A stretch of DNA of 40,000 nucleotides from Terriglobia bacterium (lineage in GTDB: Bacteria; Acidobacteriota; Terriglobia; 20CM-2-55-15): assembly GCA_963555775.3 (NCBI GenBank), contig CAUVWY020000009.1, positions 940,598 through 980,597 on the forward strand. Direction: 5' to 3'. This document shows positions 38,842 to 40,000 of the stretch, one piece after another. A program made the translations under genes and the position numbers. Each line of letters starts with the position of its first letter. Position 1 is the stretch's first letter. The notes under the pieces are model-generated. The model was not told the DNA's origin, ran no database searches, and saw nothing but the letters and a program-made list of their open reading frames with translations.

Positions 38842-40000
38842 GCTTCCTCCAGGTCATGGGATGCAAGTACCACGGCCCCTGCGGAATCCACTCGCAGGAA
38901 CGGGGTCTCAATCCCGACAGCAAGGGCGTCGCTCAACTGCAGTTCAAATCGAGCCATCTTCTCCTCAGATTCACGGACTGAGCCAGCGAGTTGCGCAATT
39001 CGACTCTTCAGAGCTTCGTTTACGCTTGCAGCAAACTCCCGCGTCTGCAATGCACAGCGGTCACAGCGTTCTCTGAATCGCGGGTCGTCCCGAACCTCCC
39101 GCTCGGCGACCTGCCGTGCGCGGTAGCATAGTTCGCCCCAATCCCCGATGGACACGAGCGCGTCAACGCGCTCCCATCGATCTATTCTGAGATTCACATC
39201 TCTACCGCCATCAGCCCTTGGGCTCTTCTGATATGGCCATCCAAGCACGGTCAAGACTTGCTCATTCTTCACCGGCACAAGATCTCCATTGAGCCACACG
39301 GTTCGATACTCGACGGAAAACGCCTCATCTGCCCGTCGCCGCAGTGAGGCGAGAGAAATGCTGTCATCAAGATCGGTTCCGACTTTGGCGAGATCAGCCT
39401 CCACAACGAAATCGAATCTGAAGAAGAGGCGCGGGAATCGAGTCGATCTCGGTACATAGCGCCACATCGCGAAAGCGGTCCCACGGTCATCACTGCGAAC
39501 TAATGCTTCGAAACCATCAACGAACGGATGGCCTACTCGAAGCAAGCTTGTTTGCTTAGTCTCTGCAATCGCTCTCTCAAAAGTGACAGGGAGCATTGGC
39601 AGTTCTGCCCAATCGCGAGTCTCTGGATCCCAATCGATGCAGGCGTCAAATCGCCGTACTGCCTCTAACAGTGGGACATGCGTTGGCCGGCGGAGGTCAT
39701 GGGTGTATCTCAGGATTCCTGGGCCGAGTCGACGGCATCCAAACTGAAGCAACTCAGTGACCCACGAGTTCAGAGATCTTTCACCCTGTGTCTCAGCCAA
39801 TTCATCGGCTTCCACAAGAGTGGCGAAGAATGCCTCGTCGGCCGCAGCATCTCCTTCAACAGAATCAAGCGACTCCTGCGCCCGGATTCGGCGCAATTCG
39901 GCGTCGAGTCCCGTTTCTGGATCTTGCATACGCGCGACTTCCTCATCAATAGCCGTGCGGCCATCTTCCAGAAGCCGTGAACGAATCCGTGCTGTCCCTT
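38838..40000 (-). CDS. C-terminal part of a larger protein (5' end outside the window), first visible gene of the minus-strand operon
   Basis: The frame is open from the window edge through the listed ATG at 39929 (...RIRSRLLEDGRTAIDEEVARMQDPETG...). No helicase or nuclease motif is visible in the roughly 387 codons present. Confidence 0.7.
   Translation of the reverse strand, partial: GTARIRSRLLEDGRTAIDEEVARMQDPETGLDAELRRIRAQESLDSVEGDAAADEAFFATLVEADELAETQGERSLNSWVTELLQFGCRRLGPGILRYTHDLRRPTHVPLLEAVRRFDACIDWDPETRDWAELPMLPVTFERAIAETKQTSLLRVGHPFVDGFEALVRSDDRGTAFAMWRYVPRSTRFPRLFFRFDFVVEADLAKVGTDLDDSISLASLRRRADEAFSVEYRTVWLNGDLVPVKNEQVLTVLGWPYQKSPRADGGRDVNLRIDRWERVDALVSIGDWGELCYRARQVAEREVRDDPRFRERCDRCALQTREFAASVNEALKSRIAQLAGSVRESEEKMARFELQLSDALAVGIETPFLRVDSAGAVVLASHDLEEA

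Overview
High-GC bacterial chromosomal window in two parts.

(1) Bases 1-8.5 kb hold ordinary metabolic genes:
- the 3' part of a PLP-dependent decarboxylase
- a secreted hypothetical protein
- a PQQ-like beta-propeller protein
- a small membrane protein
- an aldehyde dehydrogenase
- a convergent GcvT/LigM-type aminomethyltransferase
- an SDR oxidoreductase

(2) Bases 8.5-40 kb form a defence/mobile island:
- An AbiEi/AbiEii pair and an orphan HigA-like antitoxin.
- A visibly lower-GC plus-strand operon (11.36-20.14 kb). It encodes a DpdA-type (TGT-like) transglycosylase flanked by two DGQHR/DndB-like (DpdB-like) paralogs, plus QueC, a three-module QueD and QueE (the preQ0 pathway).
- Convergent to it, a minus-strand operon of more than 19.6 kb with at least nine tightly coupled genes that runs off the window. 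It includes a RecQ-like helicase, a P-loop ATPase, a DEAD/DEAH helicase of about 1533 aa, a single-HKD PLD-type nuclease and several unknown proteins.

My best reading is a dpd-like 7-deazaguanine DNA modification plus restriction system with a non-canonical layout:
- two DpdB-like genes
- a tri-modular QueD
- no folE in the window
- an unassigned first gene
- an extra 748-aa last gene

The island is being eroded:
- IS1380, IS1634 and IS3 family elements and a 130-bp CTAG-flanked MITE interrupt four genes. Three of these insertions can be removed on paper to restore intact reading frames.
- There is also an in-frame nonsense codon.
- Two clear single-base homopolymer frameshifts are present, plus one possible one.

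All family assignments come from motif recognition by eye. No searches or alignments were run.
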